Below are positions 27,869 through 49,824 of a stretch of 64,000 bases of DNA, in pieces. The stretch is taken from the NCBI RefSeq assembly GCF_009914755.1, contig NC_060925.1. One strand, 5' to 3'. The stretch comes from the human T2T-CHM13v2.0 reference genome, Homo sapiens. The notes under the pieces were generated by a model, which was given only the letters and a program-made list of their open reading frames with translations, was not told where the DNA came from and searched no databases. The translations under genes and the position numbers were made by a program. Positions within the stretch are counted from its first letter, which is position 1. Every line of letters starts with the position of its first letter.

Positions 27869-28355
27869 TCAAAACAAGCAAACAAACAAACAAACAAACA
27901 AACAAACAAAAAACCCAAGAGGAAGACTAGGACAGTGAATGGAAGCTACAAGGAGACATGTTGCCTCGAACTACTGAAGAACTTTTATTAAAAGCTGTGT
28001 AAAAACCATAATGACTTCCTATTGAGTTCCCCATCACTGGAAATCATTAGGCATTTGCTGATTGACAGTGTAGCATATATAGTGGCTAATGGGAAAGGCT
28101 TGAGAGTCAAACATAGATTTCAATTCTAAAACTGCCTGATTTTAGGATATATACCCTTGGAGTTAATCTATCCATACTTATTTTCAGCTGAGCATAATAA
28201 CGTGTACCTGATGGGACTGTTGTAAGATAATGCCTTTAATTTGCTTATTATAGAGCCTATTTCAGAAAAATATTCAGTGATTAATATTAAGATCAATGTA
28301 GCACTGATTTAGTTCTGAACGAGTTCAATCCTTAGACTAGGTCGACATAATCTTA

Positions 28356-28920
<565 letters not shown>

Positions 28921-29329
28921 CTACAAAAATAATAAAAATAAATTAGCCAGGCGTGGTGGTGTGCACCTGTGGTCCCAGTTACTTGGGAGGCTGAGGTGAA
29001 AGGATCATTTCGGCCTGAGAGTTCGAGGTTGCAGTGAGCCGTGATCACGCCACTGCACTGAAGTTTTAGCACATAGTCTTTGGGATACCTTTCTAAATTT
29101 GGCACAGGCTGTTTCTGACTTCCTTCTGAAGTTACATTTGGCCTGTCTAGGCAAGAATACTCTTTTTGTTGTTTGTTTAAAGAAAGATAATTTGGCCAGG
29201 TGCGGTGGCTCACGCCTGTAATCCCAGCACTTTGGGAGGCCGAGGTGGGCGGATTGCCTGAGCTGAGGAGTTCAAAACCACCCTGGGCAACATGGTGAAA
29301 CCCCATCTCTACTAAACACCAAAAAATTA

Positions 29330-29506
<177 letters not shown>

Positions 29507-30315
29507 CTAACACTACCTAAACAGTTTCATCAGAGTAGCGGCAGAGTTTTACACACAATAGTGTGTAAGAATCTGTGGTTTCTTACAGATTATTACAAAT
29601 ACAAAAAAATGTCTTTTTACATGCATTTGGAAAAGCTTCAAAAGACTAAGGCAACTATTTGGGATTTGTTTATCTACATTTTATTTTGTTTTTTAATTGT
29701 TTTTAAGAGACGCAGTCTTGCTATCTTGCCAGGCTGGTCTTGAACTCCTGGGCTCAAGTGATCCTTATACCTCGGCCTCCCAAAGTGTGGGCATTATAGG
29801 TGTGAGTCACCTCATCCAGCCATTATCTACATTTTAAATAAAGACTGTGGTTGGAAGCAGAACTCTTTTGTCTTGGAATACTTGAGGCAGATAATGGGGA
29901 AAAGCTCAGAATGATGGCAGTTGAAAAATATTGGAGAAGTATTTTATTTTACTTTATATTTTATTATTATTATTATTTTGAGACAGAGTCTCACTCTGTC
30001 GACCAGGCTGGAGTGCGGTGGTGTGATCTCAGCCCACTTCAACCTCCTCTTGAACCTGGGAGGGTTCAAGCAGTTCTCATGCCTCAATCTCCCAAGTAGC
30101 TGGGATTATAGGCATGTCCCACCTCGCCCATCTAATTTTTGTATTTTTAGTAGAGATGGGGTTTCGCCATGTTGACCAGTACTCCTGACCTCAAGTGATC
30201 TTCCTGCCTCAGCCTCCCAAAGTACTGGGATTACAGGCGTGAGCCACTGCGCCCGGCATGGAGAAGTATATTAATGACATTTTTGAGAATTTTGTTTGTT
30301 TTGGCTTCCTATTAG

Positions 30316-30629
<314 letters not shown>

Positions 30630-32636
30630 TAGTAGAGACAGAGTTTCACCATGTTAGCCAAGGTGGTCTCGATCTCCTGATCTCATGATCGCCCGCCTCG
30701 GCCTCCCAAAGTGCTGGGATTACAGGCGTGAGCCACCACGCCCGGCCAACCATCAGTCATTTCTCATAGGAAACCTGTCCCTTACCTACCGTCCAGTTAC
30801 AAGCAAAATGTTTAACTTGTGTTCTGCAGAGAAGTGTTCAAATGACATGAAAAGACTGAAAACAGAAATCAGTACGCAATTTTTCATAGTATTAGTGGCA
30901 TTCAGCCTTATCTTGCAGAGTCCTGATTTGTATATACCCTGGAAAATAGAATAAGCAAACATTCCTCTCTTTTGTGTTGATTTGGCTTGTTGATAGGATT
31001 TCTCTGCTTATAGATTTTTTGTTTGTTTGTTTTTTGAGACAGAGTCTCATTCTGTCGCCAGGCTGGAGTGCAGTGGCACGATCTCGGCTCACTGCAGCCT
31101 CTGCCTCCCGGGTTCAAGCAATTCTCTGCCTCAGCCTCCCTAGTAGCTGGGATTACAGGTGCCCACAACAACACCCAGCTAATTTTTTGTATTTTTAGTA
31201 GAGACGGGGTTTCACCATCTTGGCCAGGCTGATCTTGAACTCCTGACCCCGTGATCCACCTGCCTCGGCCTCCCAAAGTGCTGGTATTACAGGCATGAGC
31301 CACCGCGCCCGGCCGGCTTATAGGTATTTTAAAATATTTTGAAATGTGATTTAGTCTAGGTTGTCTGCTTTAGGGTGAGACTTTTGAGATTTCTTTCTCT
31401 CCTTACCCACCTACCTGCAACTTTGTTTTTGTTTTGTTTTTTGTTTTTGTGGAGGCAGGATCTCACTCTGTTGCCCAGGCTGGAGTGCGCTGGTCACTGC
31501 AGCCTTGAACTCCTGGGCTCAAGTGATCCTCCCTTCTCAGCCTCCCAAGTAGCTGAGACTACAGGCACAGACCACCATGCCTGGCAAATTAAAAAAAAAA
31601 AAAAATTGTAGAGTTGCAGTGTGGCCACGTTGCCGAGGCTGATCTCCAACTCCTGGCCTCAAATGATTTTTTCCGGCCTGGGCTTCCCAAAGTGCTAGAA
31701 TTATAGATGTGTGCCACTGCACCTGGTCCTTCCCCTTCTTCTTAAAGTATCTTGTTATTCCCATATAGAAGGTATATCTTTTTTTTTTTTTTTTTTTACT
31801 TGAAAACTAGTGAGGGCCAGGCATAGTGGCTCACACCTGCAATCCCAGCACTTTGGGAAGCCAAGGCAGGAAGATCACTTGAGGCCAGGAGTTAGAGACC
31901 AGCCTAGGCAACATAGCCAGACCCCATCTCTATAAAAATAAAATATAGCCACGAGGTGGTTGCACGTGCCTGTAGTCCCAGCTGCTCAGGAGGCTGAGGC
32001 AGGAGGATTGCTTGAGCCTAGGAGTTAGAGGCTGCAGTGAGCTATGATCGCCACTGCACTCCAGCCTGGGCAACAGACTGAGACCCGATCTCACAAAATA
32101 ATAAAGTAGTGAGGAAATACTGAAGAATTTTAAGCAAGGCTTCAGTGGAGAAAATGTTTAAGTCTGGATGCTGGTAGATCATTTATTTTAATTTGGGTTC
32201 AAGATGATAGTGTCCTGGAACAGAAGCTGATTACACGTTCTGACCGTCATTTCTCATAGTGTCTATAACATAGGCAAAATAATAGCTCCAGTGTCCACAG
32301 GCACGCCTATGGAAAGAAGGGCATCTGGACCATGTCACACACTCCTTCCTCTCCAGTACCCAGCCTGCTTCCTAGTCCACAGCTCTTCCAGTAGTGGTTG
32401 TGCCGGGGAGCATTGAGAAGATCTGGGGAGCACAGTGGGGCAGGTCAAATACTATTGGAGTGACATTGCACTCTAGAAAAGGAGCCCTGAAATCCCACAA
32501 GTAAAAAGGCAGGCAGGCCAGTAGAGACCACCCCAGTCTTATTCACCACTATAGACTCTGTGTAGTGTGGGCGTGTGGAAGCATGTCATATGCTTCTTGA
32601 ATGACTGAGTTTAGGAGTGCTTTGGCGTCTTCATTA

Positions 32637-33019
<383 letters not shown>

Positions 33020-33082
33020 TCAAGACCAGCCTGGGCACCATAGGAAGGCTTATCTCTACCAATAAAATAATTTCTTTTTTTA

Positions 33083-33277
<195 letters not shown>

Positions 33278-33897
33278 TTAAAGGAATTTATATGAGTCTG
33301 TACCTCTCTCTCTCTTTTTTTAGACAATATCTCACTGTATCACCCAGGCTGGAGTGCAGTGGTGCGATCATAGCTCCCTGCAGCCTTGAACACCTGGGCT
33401 CAAGTGATCCTTTCGCCTCAGCCTCCTATGTGGCTAGGACTACAGGCATGTGCCACAGTGCCAGGTTTTTTTTTTTGTTTTGTTTGTTTGTTTGTTTGTT
33501 TGTTTGTGGAGGTGGTCTCACTGTGTCATCTAAGCTGGTCTCAAACTCCTGGGCTCAAGCAGTCTTCCCACCTCAGCCTCCAAAAGTGCTGATATTACAG
33601 GCATGAGCCACCATATCCAGCCTATGTGATTCTCTTGACTGTACTTTAAGTTCCTTGATTATAAGGTCAGGGACTATAACAGTTTGTTCACCATTGTATT
33701 CACAGGGCCTGGTACATAGTAGGTGCTCACTAACTATTCGGTTAAATGGGTGCAACTCTGTTGTTGCTTTAAAGATTTTGGTTGCAAGAAAAGTGAAAAT
33801 GAGGGACGGGCGTGGTAGCTCACGCCTGTAATCCCAGCACTTTGGGAGGCCAAGGCGGGCGGATCACGAGGTCAGGAGATCGATACCATCCTTGCTA

Positions 33898-34138
<241 letters not shown>

Positions 34139-34199
34139 TTACATAGACATTTAACTTAAGTTATTCTATAACTACTGGATATTGAGAGTTACATTTAAG

Positions 34200-35200
<1,001 letters not shown>

Positions 35201-35213
35201 TTTTTTTTAAGAG

Positions 35214-35453
<240 letters not shown>

Positions 35454-36088
35454 TGAACACTATCATACCTGTCAAATCTTTGTATTTTTAGGAGAGATGG
35501 GGTTTTGCCATATTGGGCAGGCTGGTCTCAAACTCCTGGCCTCAAGTTATCCACCTGCCTCAGTCCCCCAAAGTGCTGGGATTACAGGCATGAGCCACTA
35601 TACCCAGCCTTGAATACTGTCTTTAAGTAGATTTCTTCTTTTTAGATGGATTCATGGTATCTAGAGTCAAATGCTCTGGAGAACTTTGTCTATAACAAGT
35701 TTCAGTAGAATAACTGTGTTTGGCCGGGCGCCGTGGCTCACGCTTGTAATCCCAGCACTTTGAGAGGGTGAGGCGGGAGGATCACCTGAGGTAGGAGTTC
35801 GAGACCAGCATAGCCAACATGGGGAAACCCCGTCTCTACTAAAAATACAAAATTAGCCGGGCGTGGTGGCACGCGCTGGTAATCCCAACTACTCCAGAGG
35901 CTGAAGCAGGAGAATCCGTTCAACCCGGGAGGTGGAGGTTGCGGTGAGCCGAAATTGTGCTGCTGCACTGAAGCCTGGACAACAAAGTGAGACTACGTCT
36001 CAAAAAAAAAAAAAAAAAAAAAAAAGGCCGGGCGTGGTGGCTCACGCCTGTAATCCCAGCACTTTGGGAGGCCGAGGCGGGTGGATCA

Positions 36089-36373
<285 letters not shown>

Positions 36374-36428
36374 TTAATATTTTTCCATAACACATAACTA
36401 AGATTGACTGTAATTTTTATTAACTTTA

Positions 36429-36695
<267 letters not shown>

Positions 36696-37567
36696 TTAGC
36701 CTGGGAGGCGGAGGTTGCAGTGAGCCGTGACTGAGCCACTGCACTCCAGCCTGGCAACAGAGTGAGACTGTGTCTCAAAAAAAAAAAAAAAAAAGTTGCC
36801 AATTTACAATTTTAGCATCTAAAATGATTAAAAAACAAAATTGTACGTGAAAAAGACCATTCTGCTGGTTTACTTCATTTTTTCATTTATTTACCAAATA
36901 GTTTTTCAGTACCTTCTATATGGCAGGTACTCAGAATTCTAAGATGCCTCATTTCACTAATAATAGTTATTATTTGTTGGGTATTATTATGTGCCAGGTA
37001 CTACACTAAGTGCTTTATTTTTTTAATCCTCATGATCAACTCATGAACGAGATAATATCCTTGTTTCACAGATGGAGAAACTAAAGATGAGACTGGCTAG
37101 GTAACTTACCTGAGGAAATAGCCTGTGAGGTTGCAAAGCCCGCACGAGATGCCAGGTCTGTCTGACTTCAAAGCCTGTGGCCTAAACACTGTGCTCTATT
37201 GCATTTTATGGTCCATGTTCTCCAGAAGCTTACAGTCCAGTAGAATCATGAAAAAATGACTATTTCAGTATGGTGCTCTTACAGCACCAAAGAGGAGCAC
37301 CTGAGCGGGATTAGTCGAGTCAGCAGGAGATCCTGAAAGGCTCAGAACTGAGCCAGAAAGACTTGGTCATTTTCAGCTGATTATTTAATTACAGATTAGA
37401 TTTCCTAGAAAAGGAGCCCTTCCTCCTATATGGCTCTCCCTGCATGTGCCCCCTTCCCTCAGGCCTATATATTAATACATAAAATAACCCATTATTATAA
37501 AATGAAACGAAAGCAAGGATCAGCAGAGGGATGGATTCTGGACTCAACTGATCATATTACAAGGCTA

Positions 37568-37889
<322 letters not shown>

Positions 37890-37981
37890 TTAATAACAGA
37901 TGAGAAAGACCTGAGGCCAGACTGCTGTTGGTAAGAGAAAGTTTTGGTGTTTTTTTTTTTATTAGTTTGGTTCAGGGTGAC

Positions 37982-39910
37982 TGTATTAGTCAGGGTTCTC
38001 TACAGGGATAGCACTAATAGGATAGAAGTATATATGAAGGAGAGTTTGTTAAGGAGTATTGAGTCACACCATCTGGCGAAGTCCCACAGTAGGCCGTGAG
38101 CAAGCTGAGGAGCAAGTAAGCCAGTCCAAGTCCCAAAACTTCAAAAGTAGGGAAGCTGACAGTGCAGCCTTCAGTCTGTGGCTAAAGGCCTGAGAGCCCC
38201 TGGCAAATCACTGTTGTAAGTCCAAGGGTCCAAAAGCTGAAGAACTTGGAGTCCAGTGTTCGAGGGCGGGAAGCATCTAGCTCAGGAGAAAGATGAAGGC
38301 TGGAAGACCCAGCAAGTCGGCTCATCCTACCTTCTTCTGCCTGCTTTATTCTAGCTGCCCTGGCAGGTGATTAGATGGTGTCCACCCACACTGAGGGTGG
38401 GTCTGCGTCTCCCAGTCCACTGACTCAAATGTTAATCTCCTTTGGCAACACCCTCACAGACACACCCAGGAACAATACTTTACAGCCTTTAATCCAATCA
38501 AGTTGACACTTAATTTTTTTTTTTTTCACTAACAAAACATGCTTTATTTGGTAAAAATGTGAGTGTAAAGGGGGTGAGGCGGGGCGGGCAGGACAGAAGG
38601 GTGCAGTGTTGGAGGTGGGGGCGGGGGTCTACATAGCTGGGACCTGACCCTGCAAGGTGGACATCCAGGACGGAGGAGCCAGAGGTCAGAAGTTCCGGAG
38701 GTAGGCAGTCCTTTGTTAACAGATCACTTGCTTTTCCATGGGTGAAGAGAGGAGCTCCAGAGGCCTGAGTACGATGGGGGGCAGCTGTCCAGCGACATCT
38801 AGGGAAACCCAGCCCCCAGCAGCAGCAGGAACTCTTGGGGACAGTCTGTCTTGTTGCAAAGGCCAGCACAGCAAGCAGCCTCCACATTAGTTCCACAGCT
38901 TGACTGGCTTCTAAAATGGGCATGTCAAGATCCAGAATCTCAAAGCATCCCCTCTTTGGCTCCATCATCCAAGGGTGAGAAACAGCAGAACCTAAGTGGG
39001 AGTCTGAGTCATCTTCTTGGTTCAGTTTTTAAATGAATTTTAAATACCCTCAGTCAAAAGAAAAATAGAAGGAGGCAGAAACAAAAGATATGAACCCATC
39101 CCAAAGCTGTTGGGCACTGCCACTTCTGGATGGCTCTAGTGCCAGCGGAGCCCCCATTCACTTCCATGTCAGACGTAATTCTTGGTAGGGTACTCAGAGG
39201 TCCCCCGAGAGATGGCAGGGGCAGATGTCCAGTAGCGGGCCATGTAATGGCTGGGGCCCCGTGACCCCCCGGAGGGGCAAGTGCAGCACAGCAGCCTGCC
39301 ACCCAGCAACAAAAGGCCTGAGGCCGCCCAGCCCAAGTAGAGGGAGGCCCCCAGCTCCCACTTTTGGGCCTCAGCCACCAGGGGGTTATAGAAGTCCCAG
39401 ATGATGGCATGCGCCGTCCAGCAAACGGGGATTAGTGTCAGGACCCCTGAGGTGACAAAGACAATCCCAGAGGTGAGCACCAGGCGGGCCTTGGAATCCT
39501 TCTCCTCCACACAGGTGGTACACTTGGCCCCAGCAAGGTAGACCAGCAAGCCGAACAGGGCCACAAGGAGGGTGATGACACAGACGGCACGTGCAGCCTG
39601 CAGGTCCTGTGGCAGCGCCAGCAGTGAGTCGTACACCTTGCACTGCATCTGGCTAGTGCTCTGCACCACTCAGGACATCCACAGGCCCTCCCACACCACC
39701 TGGCCACCACGATGCTGTTGCCGATGAAAGTGGTCACTTTCCACATGGGCAGGACGCAGGAGACCAGGCCATTCACCCAGCCCAGCAGTGTCAGGACGAC
39801 TCCCAGGATCTGCATTCTGGCAGAGGCCATGGTGAGATTGAAGGAGCTGCACTGCGAAGGAGATATGCGAAATTCCTAGGCCAAGTCGACACTTAATATT
39901 AACCATCACG
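37982..39910. mobile_element. MLT2-type (ERVL) solo LTR split by the CLDN6 retrocopy (37982-38514 and 39898-39910)
   Basis: Starts tgtattagtcagggttctc; the terminus aatccaatcaagttgacacttaat|attaaccatcac is restored when the retrocopy is removed. Confidence 0.85.
38514..39885 (-). pseudogene. Claudin-6 (CLDN6) processed pseudogene; former CDS 39830-39169
   Basis: Translates as MASARMQILGVVLTLLGW...EYPTKNYV* (claudin-6). 1-bp deletion near 39702 and TGA at 39670-39672. Full 3'UTR, AATAAA (38543-38548 on minus), poly(A) remnant 38514-38526, flanking direct repeats caagt(t/c)gacacttaat at 38499-38514 and 39882-39897. Confidence 0.95.
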
Positions 39911-40096
39911 GTGATCTTCTAGATTGGCCCACAAATGCTGTTTCAGAAACTGCAGGATGTTCATTCTGGAACTGTACAGAGGCAATAGTACAGATGGTTG
40001 TTTTCTTTGGAAACAACAGTCTACTTAAGTGATATCATATATAAAACTTTAAGAACTAAAGATTTCATTTTGCTGTAGGCCAGGTGTGGTGGCTTA

Positions 40097-40390
<294 letters not shown>

Positions 40391-41248
40391 CTAATTTGCT
40401 TCAAAAAGTACCTGTAGTTTCAGCTACTTGGGAGGCTGAGGCAGGAGGATCATGTGGGCCCAGGAATTTGAGACTGTCCGGGGCAATATAGCAAGACCCC
40501 ACCCTATGTCAAAAAAAAAGTATAACAAAAATTTCATCACATTACTGTAGAAATAGCACCACCCTGTGGCCCTTGAATAGTTTGTTTTCCACTCTGCTTT
40601 GTAAAGAGGCATGGTGCTTTCTCTCCGGTAGATAAAATTGAGTAGCGTTTAAGTAGTACTAGTGTGTGTTATTCAGATTGCTATGCTGAAGTAACAAGCC
40701 TTGTATTCTCAGTGGCCTAACACAAAGGATATTGTTTGTGTTGTGTGCATGTGTTTTGCTTTGTTTTTGCTGTTCCTGTCTTTCAAAACGGCTTTGCAAG
40801 CAAGATTGAAGTCTGGATGGAGGGACAAAAGTTTACCTTCTCGGGATACATCGCAACATGTAGCTTTTAAGGTGGGGAGGGAGAGATAATTTATACCTCA
40901 CACTTAATTGGCTCTGATTAGAAAGGACACAATAACACAAGTTATTTCCATTCATAGGTGTTTAGCCAAAGGAATCACATGACTCCTCCTGTTTCTGCAA
41001 GGGAGGGTGAGAAGTGTAGAGAATGATTTGGATATTTGGATATTTCCCAAGCATTGCTGCTTCTGCTGTAATTTACAGTTATACATTCTCAGACAAAGCT
41101 GGAGTAACTCTAGTACTTGACAGTTACTTTTTTTTTTTTGAGATGGGGCTTCACTCTGTTTCCCAGGCTGGAGTGCGGTGGCACAATCTCGGCTCACTCC
41201 AACCTGTGGCTCCCGGGTTCAAGTGATTCTTGTGCCTCAGACACCTGA

Positions 41249-41860
<612 letters not shown>

Positions 41861-42317
41861 TAAGTACTTATAGTGTGTTAAGTACTCAGAGAAGGAGATA
41901 CGAAAATGAATGAAATCTGATTCCTTCTCTTCCAAGCATGTAGCCAAGAAGACAAACATGTGTAACGTAACATGATACAATTCTAAAAAATAGATATTTT
42001 AAAGTGAGACAAACTTGGATGTGAATTCTGGTTCACCATCTACTAACTCTGTGACCTTAATCAAAATTACTCAACTTCCCTGAACCTTGTCTTCCCCATC
42101 ATAACACAGGGTTGATAATATTCTGCCTATCTGCTAGGATTTCTAGGTTTAAAACTAGTGCATGTACAATACTGTATTGCCTAACATCTAATAGATACTC
42201 AGTTAACAGTAGGCATGAGTACAACACAAGGCAGTGTAATAAAATTGCCATTCGGGCCGGGTGCGGTGGCTCACGCCCATAATCCCAGCACTTTGGGAGG
42301 CTGAGGTGGTCAGATCA

Positions 42318-42592
<275 letters not shown>

Positions 42593-43543
42593 TTACTTTT
42601 GACTGGAGGTGTCTGGCAAATTTTCACTGAGGATGTGACATTTGAGTTGAGACTTGATGAATGGGTAAGATTTAAATGGGGACAGAGGGCCAGGTGCGGT
42701 GGCTCACACCTGTAATCTCAGTACTTTGGGAGACCGAGGCGGGTGGATCACATGAAGCTAAGAGTTCGACACCAGCCTGGCCAACATGATGAAACCCCGT
42801 CTCTACTAAAAATACAAAAATTAGCCAGGCGTGGTGGCAGGCGCCTGTAATCCCAGCTACTTGGAGGTTGAGGCACGAAAATCACTAGAACCTGGGAGAG
42901 GGAGGTTGCAGTGAGCAGAGATCATGCCACTGTACTCCAGCCTGGGTGACAGAGTGAGACTCTCAAAAAGAAAATTAAGTAAATAAATAAGTAAATAAAT
43001 GGAGAGAGAGGGAAGTTGAAGTAGAATGAGCAGAAGTATCGAAGCAGTAAAATGACATGTTTTAGCATGGTCCTATGGCTATAAATGAAACTAGAAACTT
43101 GAATTGAAGTCATCACAGTGGCCTTGTCATGCTGAGGAATTTGAGACTTATTTTGACATCATTCTGGAACCACCTAAGCCGTGTTTCTCTCTCTCTTTTT
43201 TTTTTAATGGGGTCTCACTGCATTGCCCATCCTGATCTCAAACTCCTGACCTCAAGCACTCCTTCCACTTTTGCTCCCAAGTAGCTGGGACTACAGGAGT
43301 GGACCACCACACCTGGCTCCCAAGTTTTTTGATTAGCTGAATGTTAAACCTATTATTTGGTAAGCTGAAAGACTATGAAAGATGAAACATCAAAGATTTA
43401 GAGATAAAGATGCTAATTAAAGGCTAGGCGTGGGTGGCTCATGCCTGTAATCCAAGCACTTTGGGAGGTCAGGGTGGGCAGATGACTTGACATCAGGAGT
43501 TCGTGACCAGCCTGGCCAACATGGCGAAACCCCGTCCCTACTA

Positions 43544-44424
<881 letters not shown>

Positions 44425-45299
44425 TAACTTGATTTGTTATGAGAAGAGCAGCATTTAAAGTGAATTTTGTCTGCAGAAGCCAGGATTCCAGCAGTATCTA
44501 GTGTTGCATTTTCTAGTCCAGTTCCCTATTAGACTGGATATTAATTTCTTTTTGTTGCTGCCTCTCGTAAATGAAATTAATTTGTGGTCTGTGCTGTAAT
44601 GTGAGGAACCAATAGCTTTCTTTCCCTGCCCCTACCCTCTGAGTCTTCCCATCTTAATATAGTCTGTGTGGAAAGAAAAAAATAATCACCCATTACCCAA
44701 AACATGATCTCAGCAGGGTGTGTTTTAAATATATCTCTAGCTTTCACCTATTTTCACAAACACAAAATGAAGTAGAATAAACGAATCAAGCCACTGAAGT
44801 GTCTTTCAGCTTTCTCTGTAATTGCAGTCCTTTTATCTGCCAATTCCTCTGGGGTTTCTATGGAAACAGCAGCATGCAGATGATCTTGTCACATGACTGG
44901 AGCATCTCTATACACAGCACAGAATAATCCAGATGGCAAGAATTGTCTCTGCTACCCCTACATCTACGGTTTACTTTGATGAACAATTGGCATCATCATT
45001 TAGGCCACCTTTATATACATACTGGGTTTGGGGACAGCAACCAGCATTCTTGGCTAAGATAAAAAATGAGGCTGGGCACAGTAGCTTATGCCTGTAATCC
45101 CAGCACTTTGGGATCCCGAGGTGGGAGGATCACTTGAGCCCAAGAGTTCAAGACTAGCCTGGGCAACATAGAGAGTCCCCAACTCCACACAAAAAAATTT
45201 TTAATTAGCAGTGCACAGTGGTATGTGCCTGTAGTCCAAGCTACTCAAGAGGTTTAGCTGTAAGGATCACTTGAGCCCAGGAAGTCAAGGCTACAGTCA

Positions 45300-45524
<225 letters not shown>

Positions 45525-46074
45525 TTAGACAGGTGTGGTGGTGCACACCTGTGGTCCCAGCTACTTGTGAGGCTGAGGTTGGAGGATCTTATGAGCCTGG
45601 GAAGCCAAGGCCTCAGTGAGCGGTGATTGCACTACCGCACTCCAGCCTGGGCAACTGAGCAAGACCCTGCCTCAAAAATACAAAAGACAAAGACATGAGT
45701 GAATACCAGACCTTATCCACTTTTCAAAGTCTTGGTCACAGATGAGAAGACAAGGTTGTGCATGGTGGCTGACGCCTGTAATTGCAGGATTTTGGGAGGC
45801 CAACGCAGGCGGATCACCTGAGGTCAGGAGTTGGAGACCAGCCTGGTCAACATGGTAAAACCCCGTCTCTATTAAAAACACAAAAAATTAGTAGGGCATA
45901 GTGGCGGGCGCCTGTAGTCCCAGCTACTCGGGAGGCTGAGGCAGGAGAATCACTTGAACCTGGGAGGCCGAGTTGCAGTGAGCTGAGATCACGCCATTAC
46001 ACTCCAGCCTGGGCAACAAGAGGGAAACTAAATCCTAACAAAACAATTGGATTGATGTAGGATTTGACAGGTAA

Positions 46075-46313
<239 letters not shown>

Positions 46314-46360
46314 TGATCCACCCGCCTTGGTCTCCCAAAGTGCTGGGATTACAGGCGTGA

Positions 46361-46621
<261 letters not shown>

Positions 46622-47389
46622 TGATCTGCCCATCTCAGCCTCCCAAAGCACTGGGATTACAGGCGTGTGCCACTACACCCGGCCAGAATTTCTTTTTTTT
46701 TTAGATGGAATTTCACCCTTGTTGCACAGGCTGGAGTGCAATGACGCATCTCAGCTCACCACAACCTCTGCCTCCCTGGTTCAAGCAATTCTCCCGCCTC
46801 AGCCTCCAAAGTAGCTGGGATTACAGGCATGTGCCACCACGGCCAGCTAATTTGTATTTTTAGTAGAGACAGGGTTTCTCCATGTTGGTCAGGCTGTTCT
46901 CGAACTTCTGACTTCAGGTGATCCACCTGCCTCGGCCTCACAAAGTGCTAGAATTACAGGTGTGAGCCACCGCACCCGGCCAGGATTTCTTTAAAAAATA
47001 TAAACACTGGCCAGGTGCAGTAGCTCACTTGTAATCCCAGCACTTTGGGAGGCCAAGGCAGGCAAACCACTTTTGGCCAAGAGTTCAAGATGAGCCTGGT
47101 CAACATAGTGAAACTCTGTCTCTACTAAAAATACAAAAATTAGCCAGGCGTGGTGGTACACACCTGTAATCACAGCTACTTGGGAGGCTGAGGCAGGAGC
47201 ATCCCTTGAACCCAGAAGGTAGAGGTTGCAGTGAGCCAAGATCACGTCACTGCTTTCCAGCCTGGAGAACAGAGCGAGACCCAGTCTCAAACAGCAAGAA
47301 CAACAAAAAAAACATAAGTACTGTTGACAGTACAAGTGACCTTTCTAGTCACCTTGTAGTCACGTTTTCTTTAACAACATATATTTTAG

Positions 47390-47482
47390 ATGGAGAGAAG
47401 GGAACCGGAAAAACACTCGGTCTTTGCCATGTTATTCATTTCTGTGCAAAACAGGACTGGCTGATACTACGTATTCCAGATG
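47390..47482 (+). pseudogene. DAP3P1: DAP3P1 P-loop exon ([30 protein letters not shown])
   Basis: 93-nt exon bounded by ttttag| and |gtaag; Walker A motif GxxGxGKT intact; matches DAP3. Confidence 0.92.
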
Positions 47483-48103
47483 GTAAGAACTTCCTGTCTT
47501 GTCTTCTCTCTGTTAGGTTCAGTTATCTTGTTACCGTGGTAGTCTTGTAGCTTTAATTTTCTAACGGGGATCTGATAGCTAAAGGAAAAGCCTTTGCCAG
47601 TCACGATGGCTCATGCCTGTAATCCCAGCACTTTGGAAAGCCGAGGCAGGCGGATTGCCTGAGCTTAAGCCCAGGAGGAGGCTGCAGTGAGCCGTGATCG
47701 CACCACTGCACTCTAGCCTGGGCGACAAAACAAGACGCTGTCTCAGAAAAGAAAAAAAAAAAAGAAAAGCCTTTACTCCAGATGTAGAGCAGTCTGAGCT
47801 CATCCATCATGATTTCTTCGTGATATTACTGCCAAGCAGGTTACAAGGTGAAGTCAATGTGATGAAAGGAAATTGGGCTAAAAGCTTCCTGAAGCCTTTT
47901 GATGCTAAGCAGTCCTTCTTTTGATATTTAATACCCATGAGCATAAACTCCTGCCTTAGAGGTCACCACGGGGTTTTTTTTGTTTTTTATTTTTTGCCAT
48001 CGGTTAACAATTCTGAGTACCCACAGAGCCTTTTACTATTTATCAGCATTCTAGAGTCATCAGTATAGGTTGTCAAAACTTAAGGGATATTACACTTTGC
48101 ATA

Positions 48104-49381
<1,278 letters not shown>

Positions 49382-49541
49382 TAAAGTCACCTGCCACCAC
49401 GCCCGGCTAATTTTTTGTATTTTTAGTAGAGACGGGGTTTCACTGTGTTAGCCAGTATGGTCTCGATCTCCTGATCTCGTGATGCGACCGCCTTGGCCTC
49501 CCAAAGTGCTGGGATTACAGGTGTGAGCCACTGTGCTAGGC

Positions 49542-49572
<31 letters not shown>

Positions 49573-49626
49573 GATGGAGTTTCACCATGTTGGTCTGGCT
49601 GGTCTCAAGCTCCTGACCTCAGGTGA

Positions 49627-49824
<198 letters not shown>

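Noticed and set aside
38510-38968. 152-aa minus-strand ORF
   Set aside because: Lies in the CLDN6-derived 3'UTR and runs into the poly(A) remnant; chance ORF.
39169-39830. A functional claudin gene
   Set aside because: Frameshift near 39702, nonsense codon at 39670-39672, genomic poly(A) and TSD mark a processed pseudogene.
47206-47550. 114-aa ORF with a Walker A motif as a novel NTPase
   Set aside because: It is Alu sequence plus intron plus one DAP3 pseudo-exon read through its splice sites.
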